64,000 bases of DNA from an uncultured Bacilli bacterium. GTDB taxonomy: Bacteria; Bacillota_I; Bacilli_A; RF39; UBA660. Each line of letters opens with the position of its first letter. Position 1 is the stretch's first letter. The notes below the pieces were generated by a model. That model was given only the letters and a program-made list of their open reading frames with translations, was not told the DNA's origin and ran no database searches. The position numbers were made by a program, and so were the translations under genes. This document shows positions 42,181 to 51,707 of this stretch, in pieces. The stretch is from positions 5,700-69,699 of the forward strand of contig CAJTXV010000005.1 of assembly GCA_910584255.1 (NCBI GenBank), given 5' to 3'.

Positions 42181-42735
42181 TTATTTTAATTGATATTCTT
42201 TAAAAAAAGAGGTATTAATTTCAAGGCTTGTTAAATCCTTTTCTTTATTAAAATCAGTTCCTATTAGTAAGTGGTGGAGTGCTCGAATCACCGCTTTATG
42301 AGAAACAATTAGAATATTTTGGTTCGGATATTTTTCCTTGATATCTTTTAAAAAACTCTCACATCGTGAGATAATATCCCCTACTTTTTCTACTCCTTGT
42401 TCATCTGTATTTAATTTAAAATCCCAATATTTCTTGTGATCATACTCTGTATCGTTTTTTCCTTCAAATTCTCCAAGATCACGTTCGATTAATCTTGTAT
42501 CTTCTTCAATATATACACGGTCTCCTACAAGAATCATGGCAGTTTCCCATGTTCTTTTTAAAGGAGATGTAATACAAAGATCAATTGGTTTATCTTTTAG
42601 GTGTTCTTTTAATTTCTTAGTATCACGTACGCCTCTTTCCGTTAAGGAATACTGATCACTTTTTCCTTGCATTTTTCCTTCGTAATTTGCTTCTGTTTCT
42701 CCATGACGAACCAAATATATTTTCAAAATAATCAC
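42181..42735 (-). CDS. Histidine phosphatase family protein (phosphoglycerate mutase-like)
   Basis: LVRHGETEANYEGKMQG (RHG catalytic motif) and a downstream His; 184 aa. Confidence 0.7.
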   Translation of the reverse strand: MIILKIYLVRHGETEANYEGKMQGKSDQYSLTERGVRDTKKLKEHLKDKPIDLCITSPLKRTWETAMILVGDRVYIEEDTRLIERDLGEFEGKNDTEYDHKKYWDFKLNTDEQGVEKVGDIISRCESFLKDIKEKYPNQNILIVSHKAVIRALHHLLIGTDFNKEKDLTSLEINTSFFKEYQLK

Positions 42736-43280
42736 TTCCTATATTGATATATGGATATTTTTTTACTACCATATTTTTTCATTTTTAATCTTCGAAGTAA
42801 AAGATATTCTTCTTCTAACTCTTCTTCTTCATATTCACAAACAATAATACCACCAATGTTTACTAGTTCTTTTTCTATTAGTTCTTCTAAAATACTTTCT
42901 ATATTTTGATAACGATATGGTGGATCTAAGAATATAAGATCAAACTTTCCTTTCTCTTTTTGGAATTTATCTAATGCTTGTTTATAGTCCATTGTATAAA
43001 TTTCGGCATTCGGAATCTGAAAAGACTTGACTGTTTTTTTAATACATTCTGTACACTTTGGATTCACATCTACAAAAATACAAGCCATACTACCATTGCT
43101 TAATGCTTCAAACCCGAGATTTCCAGTTCCAGCAAATAAATCAAGGACAATTTGGTTTCTTAATTGTGATTGTATCATTCCAAATAGGCTTTCTTTTATT
43201 CTCTCCTGAGTAGGTCTTGTCCCATCTATATTATACCCATGAATCGTTCTTCCTTTGTAAATTCCGCTAATAATTCTCAT
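42732..43280 (-). CDS. rsmD: 16S rRNA (guanine966-N2)-methyltransferase RsmD (YlbH)
   Basis: SAM motif DLFAGTGNLGFEALSNG and the N6/N2-MTase motif DPPY; 182 aa. Confidence 0.85.
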   Translation of the reverse strand: MRIISGIYKGRTIHGYNIDGTRPTQERIKESLFGMIQSQLRNQIVLDLFAGTGNLGFEALSNGSMACIFVDVNPKCTECIKKTVKSFQIPNAEIYTMDYKQALDKFQKEKGKFDLIFLDPPYRYQNIESILEELIEKELVNIGGIIVCEYEEEELEEEYLLLRRLKMKKYGSKKISIYQYRK

Positions 43281-43582
43281 TTTCTACATTCCTTCTTTCT
43301 AGTTAATTCTCCTAAAATCTGATTGATTTCTAAAGACAAATAATAAAAAGAATTCTCTAATTCCTGATACCTTTTATAATCCCCATGCTCATATAATTTT
43401 TTCTTTAACTCAAGGTAATTCTTAGAGTAGATATTTTCTTCTTGCTTTAGTTTTTCAAGATTCCTTAAAACAACTGGATTTTTTAATAATTTTTCTTGAA
43501 GATTTTTTAGTTCTTGGAATGTAGGATTATTTTGAATTAATTCCTCTAATTCATTTAACTTTATTTCAATTTTTTCTATCAT
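43277..43582 (-). CDS. Small coiled-coil regulatory protein, YlbF/YmcA/YheA-like
   Basis: 101 aa, helical. Motif pattern ELKNLQEKLLKNP…LEKLKQ. Immediately upstream of rsmD, as B. subtilis ylbF is relative to ylbH. Confidence 0.4.
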   Translation of the reverse strand: MIEKIEIKLNELEELIQNNPTFQELKNLQEKLLKNPVVLRNLEKLKQEENIYSKNYLELKKKLYEHGDYKRYQELENSFYYLSLEINQILGELTRKKECRK

Positions 43583-43653
43583 ATTTCATTCCTCTTTATC
43601 ATTCTACTATGAAACTGTTATTTTTTCAAATGAAAAAAGAAATCAAACGATTT

Positions 43654-43875
43654 CTAATTCATCATATCCATAAATGTTCGAATCATTTCTACTTTTTTGC
43701 TAATTGCATCAATCTTATCACTTGGGTTTAGATGATAATAGTTTTTAACCTCTTGTTCTAGGTTTTTAATTGCTTCTGGGTATCGATTTAAAATTTTATA
43801 CCAAGAAGTATTTTCTCTTAAATAATGATACAGGTAAGGGTTCTTTCGAATTTCAATCTGTGTTTCAATATTCAT
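43654..43875 (-). CDS. Small protein, YlbE-like
   Basis: 73 aa: IEIRKNPYLYHYLRENTSWYKILNRYPEAIKNLEQEVKNYY. Paralogous N-T-S-W-x-K motif with the upstream gene. Confidence 0.35.
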   Translation of the reverse strand: MNIETQIEIRKNPYLYHYLRENTSWYKILNRYPEAIKNLEQEVKNYYHLNPSDKIDAISKKVEMIRTFMDMMN

Positions 43876-44255
43876 TAATCTTCTAAGTGCCTATAAAGGG
43901 GTCTTGCTTGATATTGGTCTTGCTTTTTCGTAGCAGTTAAATCTTGAAGTAATACGACTGCCTTTTGTAATCCATCGACCCCTTTCTTCACTGTATCTAA
44001 ATCCATAGATTTTATCATATTAAAAATTTCTTTTAAAGAAGTATCCCCAATTGTAGATTGTGTATTTGCTGTAGTTTCTTTATTCATTTGTCCAATATTT
44101 GAATCATTAAAATATGGATTCCAAATAGAATGATTTTCTCCATATAAGTCATACATTTCATATAGTTTTTGCCAAGAGGTATTTCCTTCATTTACCTTTC
44201 TCACTAAACTAGGATGACTTCGAACAAATCTTTTAAACGTTTCTTTTGACATCAA
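43875..44255 (-). CDS. Small protein, YlbD-like (putative coat-associated)
   Basis: 126 aa: FKRFVRSHPSLVRKVNEGNTSWQKLYEMYDLYGENH. Stop and start overlap (TAATG) with the 43654 gene. Confidence 0.35.
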   Translation of the reverse strand: MMSKETFKRFVRSHPSLVRKVNEGNTSWQKLYEMYDLYGENHSIWNPYFNDSNIGQMNKETTANTQSTIGDTSLKEIFNMIKSMDLDTVKKGVDGLQKAVVLLQDLTATKKQDQYQARPLYRHLED

Positions 44256-44336
44256 ATCACCTATTTTATTTTATGTGTTAGGTGAGTAAAAAATCATACT
44301 TTTCATTTCTTTTTTAAAGAAAAAGAAGAACTCTTT

Positions 44337-46907
44337 TTAATCTTTTAGAAAGTCATCAATGGTCATTAGTCGATCATCTATTTCTTTTAAAGAGATTCTT
44401 CTTTTTTCTGGTTCTTCTAATATTTCAATTTCTTCTTCTTTGTCTTCTTTTTTTTCTATTTTTGATGGTCCCGACAATAATTCTTCTTTTTTGATTAGAC
44501 TACTAGCTAAGAAGCAATCCACTACCTCTTCTTTCGAAATACTAGAACCTGTAGAATAACGATCCATAATTGGAATTTCAGTATTTTTAAGAAGATGAAC
44601 TGAGGTAGATTTTAATCCGATATAGTCTTTTGTCATTACTGGGAAGGTTTTGATAATTTTGTATGGGTTGCTTTTTACTTCTCGTAGAATTAACAATCCA
44701 CGACGTGCACGGCTACTTTTTTCAAACTCTGTAATTTTTACTCTTTTTCCTGTTCCCTTGTCCGTAACTACTAATAAATAATCATGAAGTTGATGATCAA
44801 AATTGCTACCATTCGTAACTGTATCTGTTTTTAGACTAATTGCTTTCACTCCACTTGCCTTTAAACCAACCATTGGCACATCGGTTTTAGAAAACCATAA
44901 ACCATAACTATCTGTAGTAGATAAGAAAATGTCATTATATAGAGTTTCAAATACACTGACTACTTGATCCCCTTCTTTTAATTTCATACAATTGACTGGT
45001 TTAGAATATCTAGATACCTGGAATTCTTTTAATGGAGTTCTCTTAATCATTCCCTTTTTAGTAATCATTGTAATATCCATTTCTTTATCAAAATCGACGA
45101 CCGGGATCACTGTAATGATTTCTTCTTTTTCTTCTAGTTTAATGATATTACTAATATGTTTTCCTAAGTCTTTCCATTTGATATCTGGAATGGTATGAAC
45201 AGGTACGTATAAGTAATTTCCCAAAGATGTGAATAATAAAATTGTATCTAATGTATTTAATTCATAAATTCCAATGAAATAATCTGTTTCTTTTAAAGAG
45301 ACATCCTCACTGCTTGAGGCTTGATAACTACGAAAACTGGTTCTTTTTACATATCCATCTTTCGTAATAGAAACAATTACATCTTCTTTTGGAATCATGA
45401 CAGTTGTATCAATTTTAATTTCTGTAATTTCATCTTTTATTTCTGTCTTTCTTGGTGTAGCATACTCATTTCTCACTTTTCTAAGTTCATCTTTCATGAC
45501 ACCCTTTAATTTTTCTTCATCTGCTAGAATTGCTTCTAGTCCTTTGACAATTGTTTGAAGATTTGCGAGTTCTTCTTCTAGTTGAACCACATCTGTATTT
45601 GTTAAACGATAAAGTTGTAACGTAATAATTGCTTCTGCTTGTTCTAAAGTAAATTCAAATTCCTTGACTAAATTATCTCTAGCATTTGTTTTATTTTTAC
45701 TTGCCCGAATGACACGAATGACTTCGTCCAAAATAGAAAGACACTTAATTAAACCTTCTACGATATGGAGTCTTGCTTTTGCATGGGCTAAATCAAAGTG
45801 AGTTCTTTTTAAAACTACTTCTCTTTGATGACTGATATAAGAGTCTAAGACGTCCATAATTCCTAATAATTTAGGTCTTCTATGATCAATCGCAATCATA
45901 TTGAAGCTATAACTAATTTGTAAATCTGTATTTTTTAATAGATAGTTTAGGACTAGTTCTCGATTTGCATCTTTTTTCAAATCAATGGCGATTCTAAGAC
46001 CATCACGATCCGATTCATCACGTACTTCTAAAATTCCCTCAATTTTTTTATCGATTCTGATTTCATCAATTTTACGAACTAGCATTGCTTTATTTACTTC
46101 AAAGGGAATTTCTGTCACAATGAGAGCGAGTTTTCCCTTTTCTTCTTCGAAGTCGGTTTTTGATTTAATTACAATTTTCCCTTTTCCTGTTTCGTAGGCT
46201 TTTTCAATTTCTTTAATTCCTTCTACGATTCCACCCGTTGGAAAATCGGGACCTTTCACAATCGACATAATGGTCTCTAGTCTACAGTTTGGACTATCAA
46301 TTCTCTTAATTGTTGCATCAATTATTTCTCCTAAGTTATGAGGGGGAATATTGGTAGCATATCCTGCAGAAATACCAGAAGTTCCATTGACTAACAAATT
46401 AGGAAATCTCGCTGGTAAGACGGTCGGTTCTAATTCTGTATCATCAAAGTTTGGTGCCCAAGATACGGTATCTTTATCTAAATCACGAAGCAATTCGTTA
46501 CTGATTTTAGCGAGTCTTGCCTCGGTATAACGCATCGCAGCTGGGCTATCACCATCCATACTACCATTATTTCCATGCATATCGATATAAGGTGTATTTT
46601 GCTTCCACCACTGACTCATTCGAATCATTGCATCATAAATAGAAGAATCTCCATGGGGATGATAGTTACCCATTACATTTCCTACTGTTTTGGCACTTTT
46701 TCGGTATGGCTTGTCATAGGTATTATGGTCACGATACATTCCATATAAAATTCTCCTTTGTACAGGTTTTAGTCCGTCTCTTACATCTGGAATCGCACGA
46801 TCTTGAATAATATATTTTGAATATCTACCAAATCTTTGACCCATAATTTCTTCTAAAGTATAGTCAAAAATCTTTTCTACAATTTCAGGTGTTTTTTCAC
46901 GTTTCAT
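44337..46907 (-). CDS. parC: DNA topoisomerase IV subunit A (ParC/GrlA)
   Basis: N-terminal [33 protein letters not shown] (ParC-type, not GyrA-type). No GyrA-box. 856 aa. Downstream of parE. Confidence 0.85.
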   Translation of the reverse strand: MKREKTPEIVEKIFDYTLEEIMGQRFGRYSKYIIQDRAIPDVRDGLKPVQRRILYGMYRDHNTYDKPYRKSAKTVGNVMGNYHPHGDSSIYDAMIRMSQWWKQNTPYIDMHGNNGSMDGDSPAAMRYTEARLAKISNELLRDLDKDTVSWAPNFDDTELEPTVLPARFPNLLVNGTSGISAGYATNIPPHNLGEIIDATIKRIDSPNCRLETIMSIVKGPDFPTGGIVEGIKEIEKAYETGKGKIVIKSKTDFEEEKGKLALIVTEIPFEVNKAMLVRKIDEIRIDKKIEGILEVRDESDRDGLRIAIDLKKDANRELVLNYLLKNTDLQISYSFNMIAIDHRRPKLLGIMDVLDSYISHQREVVLKRTHFDLAHAKARLHIVEGLIKCLSILDEVIRVIRASKNKTNARDNLVKEFEFTLEQAEAIITLQLYRLTNTDVVQLEEELANLQTIVKGLEAILADEEKLKGVMKDELRKVRNEYATPRKTEIKDEITEIKIDTTVMIPKEDVIVSITKDGYVKRTSFRSYQASSSEDVSLKETDYFIGIYELNTLDTILLFTSLGNYLYVPVHTIPDIKWKDLGKHISNIIKLEEKEEIITVIPVVDFDKEMDITMITKKGMIKRTPLKEFQVSRYSKPVNCMKLKEGDQVVSVFETLYNDIFLSTTDSYGLWFSKTDVPMVGLKASGVKAISLKTDTVTNGSNFDHQLHDYLLVVTDKGTGKRVKITEFEKSSRARRGLLILREVKSNPYKIIKTFPVMTKDYIGLKSTSVHLLKNTEIPIMDRYSTGSSISKEEVVDCFLASSLIKKEELLSGPSKIEKKEDKEEEIEILEEPEKRRISLKEIDDRLMTIDDFLKD

Positions 46908-46918
46908 TTTCCCACATC

Positions 46919-47389
46919 CTAACTGGTGATTTTTTTAATATAGTAATCATCGATTTGATGAATAATTTTTTCATAATTTTTGTCTCTCTGCTCTACTAAA
47001 TATTTCCAATATTTTTCTTTTGTATCAATTTCTAAAAGAGATAGCAAACGTTCCATATAGAAAAGTTCTGTTGCCCTGTTATACTCTCTATTAGCAATAA
47101 TTTCTTCTGCCATTTTCTCAAAATATACTACATTTCTAATTTCTCTTAAGTGATCATAACGATCTACCGTATAATCTAAAATGGCATCTACACAATCAAT
47201 TTTTTTAAATCTAGGTGGTTTATGATATTTTGGTGGTGCCTTGATGACATAATTTTCTAAAATATCTAGTCTTTCTTGAGAAATTGCGAGTCTTATATTT
47301 TTTCTAGAAGCTGTTCTAGAAGATGCTATATTGTATAGTAAAGGGCTATTTTTTCGTACAAACTTCACTACCACATTTTTTTTAGCCAT
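46919..47389 (-). CDS. Hypothetical protein inserted between parE and parC
   Basis: 156 aa, basic N-terminus. 14-nt and 11-nt gaps to the flanking genes, so it is co-transcribed. Confidence 0.5.
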   Translation of the reverse strand: MAKKNVVVKFVRKNSPLLYNIASSRTASRKNIRLAISQERLDILENYVIKAPPKYHKPPRFKKIDCVDAILDYTVDRYDHLREIRNVVYFEKMAEEIIANREYNRATELFYMERLLSLLEIDTKEKYWKYLVEQRDKNYEKIIHQIDDYYIKKITS

Positions 47390-47403
47390 ACCTTCCCCTC
47401 TTT

Positions 47404-49320
47404 CTATTTTGTAATGGTGTAATCATCTTCTAGTGAGAATTCTACATTTTCTTCAATCCATGCTTTTCTTGGCTCTACACTATCTCCCATTAAAACACTC
47501 ACTCTTTTTTCTGCGAGAAGCGCATCTTCAATCGTTACACGAATTAAACTTCTGGTTCCTGGATTCATTGTAGTTTCTGCTAACTGATCTGCATTCATTT
47601 CACCAAGTCCTTTATAACGCTGTACATCACACTTTTTACCAGCAGTAATTTGTTTCATTTCTTCTACTGTATAAGCATAGATATGTTCTTTTCCATTTTT
47701 AATTAAGAATAGTGGAGGAAGTGCAATATAGAGTCTTCCATCTTCTATTAATGGTTTCATATAACGATAAAAGAAGGTTAAAAGCAAGCACTGAATATGC
47801 GCACCATCATCATCAGCATCGGTCATAATAATGACTTTCGCATACTCTGCCTCTTCAATTGCAAAATTCGGTCCAACCCCCGCGCCAATCGTATAAATCA
47901 TTGTATTGATTTCTTCATTTTTTAAGATATCTTCCATTCTAGCTTTCTCTGTGTTAATTACTTTTCCACGTAGTGGTAGAATGGCTTGAAATTTTCTATC
48001 TCTTCCTTGTTTGGCGGATCCACCTGCAGAATCACCCTCTACTAAAAACAATTCATTTCTATCCTTATTTTTAGATTGTGCTGGAGTCAATTTTCCAGAA
48101 AGAGCACGTTCTTTTGGATTTTTTGTTTTTCCTTTTCTAGCCTCTTCTCTTGCTTTTCTTGCTGCTTCCCTCGCAATTTTGCTTTTTAGAGACTTTTCGA
48201 TAATCTCAGTTGCAATCTTTTTATTTTCTTCCAAATAGAACTGTAACTTTTCTGTTACTAATGCTTCCACTGCTGTTCTTGCTTGGGGAGTTCCTAATTT
48301 TGCTTTCGTTTGACCTTCAAATTGTAAAAGTGCCTCAGGAATTTTTAAACTGATAATTGCAGTTAATCCTTCTCTAACATCGCTTCCTTCAAAAGCTTTT
48401 TCTTTCCCCTTAATATATCCGTTGTTTTTTGCATAATCATTAAATGCCCTTGTTAATGCGGTTTTAAAGCCAACTTCGTGACTTCCACCATCCGTTGTTT
48501 TTACATTATTAACAAATGATACAATATTTTCATTATATGTATCTGTATATTGCATTGCAATTTCTATTTCCATTTTATCCTTGATACCATCAAAGGAAAT
48601 GACATCATGAAGTTTTGATTTTCCTTCATTTAAGTATTTTACGAATTCTATAATTCCATTTTGATAACAATATTTCTCACATCTTCCATCGTTTTCATTT
48701 TCTACTTCAATAGTAAGGCCTTTAATTAAAAAGGCAGATTCTTGCATTCTTTCACAAATCGTTGTAAATGAAAAATTAGTAGTAGAGAAAATCTCATCAT
48801 CTGGCAAAAAACGTACTGTCGTTCCTGTTCTACCACTTGTTCCAACTTCTTTTAGAGGAACGGCTACTTTTCCTCCCTTTTCAAACCGGATATAATACTC
48901 TTTTTTATTTTGACGAATCGTGACTTCCATCCATTTAGAAAGTGCATTTACAACACTACCACCAACACCATGAAGGCCTCCAGATACTTTGTATCCTGCT
49001 TCTTCAAATTTTCCACCTGCGTGAAGAACTGTATAAATGACTTCTGGAGCTGGTCTGCCTGACTCGTGCATCCCTGTTGGTACTCCTCTACCACGGTCTT
49101 CAATACTAATACTTCCATTTGTATGAAGCATAATCTTAATGAAATCACCATATCCATTAATGGCCTCATCAATTGCATTATCAACAATTTCCCATACTAA
49201 ATGATGAAGTCCTCTTTTATCAGTGGAACCTATATACATACCAGGACGCTTACGAACGGCTTCTAAACCCTCTAATATTTTAATTGAACTCGCATCATAT
49301 TTTGCTGCCATATGCTTCAC
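47404..49320 (-). CDS. parE: DNA topoisomerase IV subunit B (ParE/GrlB)
   Basis: ILEGLEAVRKRPGMYIGST…GGKF with GHKL ATPase and TOPRIM domains; 638 aa. Adjacent to parC. Confidence 0.85.
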   Translation of the reverse strand: MKHMAAKYDASSIKILEGLEAVRKRPGMYIGSTDKRGLHHLVWEIVDNAIDEAINGYGDFIKIMLHTNGSISIEDRGRGVPTGMHESGRPAPEVIYTVLHAGGKFEEAGYKVSGGLHGVGGSVVNALSKWMEVTIRQNKKEYYIRFEKGGKVAVPLKEVGTSGRTGTTVRFLPDDEIFSTTNFSFTTICERMQESAFLIKGLTIEVENENDGRCEKYCYQNGIIEFVKYLNEGKSKLHDVISFDGIKDKMEIEIAMQYTDTYNENIVSFVNNVKTTDGGSHEVGFKTALTRAFNDYAKNNGYIKGKEKAFEGSDVREGLTAIISLKIPEALLQFEGQTKAKLGTPQARTAVEALVTEKLQFYLEENKKIATEIIEKSLKSKIAREAARKAREEARKGKTKNPKERALSGKLTPAQSKNKDRNELFLVEGDSAGGSAKQGRDRKFQAILPLRGKVINTEKARMEDILKNEEINTMIYTIGAGVGPNFAIEEAEYAKVIIMTDADDDGAHIQCLLLTFFYRYMKPLIEDGRLYIALPPLFLIKNGKEHIYAYTVEEMKQITAGKKCDVQRYKGLGEMNADQLAETTMNPGTRSLIRVTIEDALLAEKRVSVLMGDSVEPRKAWIEENVEFSLEDDYTITK

Positions 49321-49440
49321 TCTCCTTTAGTAATTATACCAAAAAGAATGGCTAAAAAAAAGAAATATGACGTTTTTTGACACTGTAGTTTACTTAATAT
49401 TTACCTATTTTAGTTAAAAATTTATAAAAGAAATAAGAAA

Positions 49441-49470
49441 AACTAGTCTTATTTATTAAAGACTAGTTAT
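49441..49470 (-). terminator. Rho-independent terminator after the phosphohexomutase gene
   Basis: aactagtcttt-attaa-aaagactagtt with a perfect 11-bp stem. T-run on the - strand. Confidence 0.6.
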
Positions 49471-50849
49471 GATTCAACATTAAAGTTATCAATTAAGGCT
49501 AGGAAGTACTCTTTTAGTCGATCCCTTACTTCTTCCGTCTGCCCTTCAAATCTAGCAGTAATATGAGGTCCTGTATTACTACAACGAATTAGTGCCCAAC
49601 CATCTTCTAATTCGATTCGAATTCCATCAATATCTATCATTGGATATCCTGCTTCTTCACAATATTTCTTAATTTCTTCAATGACTTGTTTTTTCTTATT
49701 ATCAGGAGATGCAATTTTAATTTCCTCAGTGGAATAATATTTTGGAATTCCTTCTAGCAATTGACTCAGTGATTTATCCGTTTTACTTAATATTTCAATG
49801 ACTCGTAATCCGACATATAACCCAGAATCAAAACCTAAGAATTTATCTCTTAAAAATATATGTCCTGAATACTCTCCTCCGAAAATACAATCATTGTCTT
49901 TCGTTCCTGCTTTTGTATAAGAATTTCCAGTTCGACTGATGATTGCTTCTCCACCTAAAGATTCGATTACTTCTGGAAGTGCCTTTGTACATTTTACATC
50001 ATATAAAACACGCTTATTGGACGAATTTGGTAGGATATCATGCGCAAGTAAAATCATTAATTGATCTGCAGGAACATGTTCTCCTTTCTCATTAATAATT
50101 CCAACACGATCTCCATCCCCATCAAATGCAATTCCAACATCAGCACGAAGTTCTGTCACTGCATCTTTTAAAACTGTTAGATTTTCTTCTACACATGGAT
50201 CTGGGTGATGATTTGGAAAAGTTGGATCACTCTTTCCATAAAGTATAATCAATTTTTCTTTAATTGCATTATAAATCGTTGGCGCAAAAAAAGTAGTCGT
50301 TCCATTTCCACAATCAATAATTACTTTTAATTTTCTATCATTATGAATTTGAACGGAAGAAAGTAAATATCTACAGTATTCTTCTTTTACATCATAAAAG
50401 CCAATCACACCTTCTCCATCATCAAACTTTCCTAACATGACAAATTCATAGAAATCTTGAATTTCTTCTCCTTTGGCATTTCCTGTTTCATCAAATGAAA
50501 ATTTAAATCCATTGTCATCTTTAGGATTATGACTTGCAGTGACCATCATTCCAGCAGGTACACCTGATTTAATACATGCATAATAATACATAGGTGTCGT
50601 TACGAGTCCTAAGTCTAAAACACTAATCCCTGTCGATATAATTCCTTGGATTAAAGCATTTTCAATTTCTTCAGAAGAATAACGATTGTCCCTACCTACA
50701 ATACATTTTTTTTGATTTCGTTTTTTAATATAGGAACCGTAGGCTCTTCCAATCGTATAACTTACATCTTGATTAATTTCCGTTGGATAAACTCCACGAA
50801 TATCATACTCTCGAAATATTTCTCTTTTAATTTCTCTCGTCACATTCAT
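49467..50849 (-). CDS. Alpha-D-phosphohexomutase (phosphomannomutase/phosphoglucomutase family)
   Basis: Active-site loop GMMVTASHNPKDDNGFK, metal-binding DGDGDR and an N-terminal FREYDIRG; 460 aa. Confidence 0.75.
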   Translation of the reverse strand: MNVTREIKREIFREYDIRGVYPTEINQDVSYTIGRAYGSYIKKRNQKKCIVGRDNRYSSEEIENALIQGIISTGISVLDLGLVTTPMYYYACIKSGVPAGMMVTASHNPKDDNGFKFSFDETGNAKGEEIQDFYEFVMLGKFDDGEGVIGFYDVKEEYCRYLLSSVQIHNDRKLKVIIDCGNGTTTFFAPTIYNAIKEKLIILYGKSDPTFPNHHPDPCVEENLTVLKDAVTELRADVGIAFDGDGDRVGIINEKGEHVPADQLMILLAHDILPNSSNKRVLYDVKCTKALPEVIESLGGEAIISRTGNSYTKAGTKDNDCIFGGEYSGHIFLRDKFLGFDSGLYVGLRVIEILSKTDKSLSQLLEGIPKYYSTEEIKIASPDNKKKQVIEEIKKYCEEAGYPMIDIDGIRIELEDGWALIRCSNTGPHITARFEGQTEEVRDRLKEYFLALIDNFNVES

Positions 50850-50969
50850 ACGAACACCTCTTTATTCTAATATCATTATATCAGAAAAAGAAAAAAGAAA
50901 AAAGATGTTTTTCACCTTTTTCTAGTTTCAATCTCTTTTTTATCACCAAACAAATTCTAAAGTATCATA

Positions 50970-51227
50970 TTACATATATTTCTGCATTGACTTCATCATT
51001 TGATTTACTTGTTTTTGATTTGGTTTTCTTCCCATTTGCATCATTAATGCTTTAATCATTTCTTCATTAATTGGTGGATTTTTCTTTAAATATTTCATCA
51101 TAAACTTTCTAGCAAGTAAGAATCCTATAATGAGTCCAACAATGAGTCCACCTAATACTTGTATGATATCTAATAACATATAATCATCTCCTATTAATAG
51201 TTTACTAAAAAAAGATATTTTAGACAA
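50970..51227 (-). CDS. yneF: UPF0154 small membrane protein YneF
   Basis: …[53 protein letters not shown] matches the YneF family signature closely. The likely start is an internal Met. Confidence 0.8.
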   Translation of the reverse strand: MSKISFFSKLLIGDDYMLLDIIQVLGGLIVGLIIGFLLARKFMMKYLKKNPPINEEMIKALMMQMGRKPNQKQVNQMMKSMQKYM

Positions 51228-51660
51228 GTATTTTTACTTCAGATAACCAAAAATAATCTTGATTCTTAAAATCACAAAGGAAAAAGGAATTTGATTTCTC
51301 TAGTAATACTTGAAAAAAGGTAGAAGCGTTATGTCTAGATTCTAATAAAATATAGCTGTGTTTTATGTTTAAAGTACTAATCTCATCATGATATAAATCA
51401 TTGATAATATGTGTATTGCCAAATTTAGAATAAATTTTTTGATTGTGATATTTAATAAAAATTTCTCGATTTAGTAGCGTTTTATCGATTATTTCTACTA
51501 ATTGATGAAATAATTCAATTCCATATCTATTTTCTTCTGGTTTTAAATAATAAAGATATTTTAGTATATGATATAAGTTTTCGGGATTTTCACTATAAAG
51601 ATTTTGATAATCACTCCGTATTTTAAATATATAAAACTTTCTCATACTCTTTTCACCCAT
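51220..51660 (-). CDS. sirA: Sporulation inhibitor of replication SirA (YneE)-like protein
   Basis: 146 aa. C-terminus [21 protein letters not shown] resembles the B. subtilis SirA C-terminus. Conserved tkt-sirA-yneF gene order. Confidence 0.5.
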   Translation of the reverse strand: MGEKSMRKFYIFKIRSDYQNLYSENPENLYHILKYLYYLKPEENRYGIELFHQLVEIIDKTLLNREIFIKYHNQKIYSKFGNTHIINDLYHDEISTLNIKHSYILLESRHNASTFFQVLLEKSNSFFLCDFKNQDYFWLSEVKILV

Positions 51661-51665
51661 TTGAG

Positions 51666-51707
51666 TATAAAAAAAGTAGTAAGAAAAGAATGTCGTTTCT
51701 TGCTACT
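51666..51707 (-). terminator. Terminator between tkt and the sirA-like gene
   Basis: agtagtaagaaa-N9-tttcttgctact, a 12-bp stem with one mismatch. A-run on + is a T-run on -. Confidence 0.45.

Noticed and set aside
44337-49320. Whether the 856-aa and 638-aa topoisomerase subunits are GyrA/GyrB
   Set aside because: The N-terminal [11 protein letters not shown]…KPVQRR motif and the absence of a GyrA-box favour ParC. The neighbouring GHKL/TOPRIM protein is therefore called ParE.
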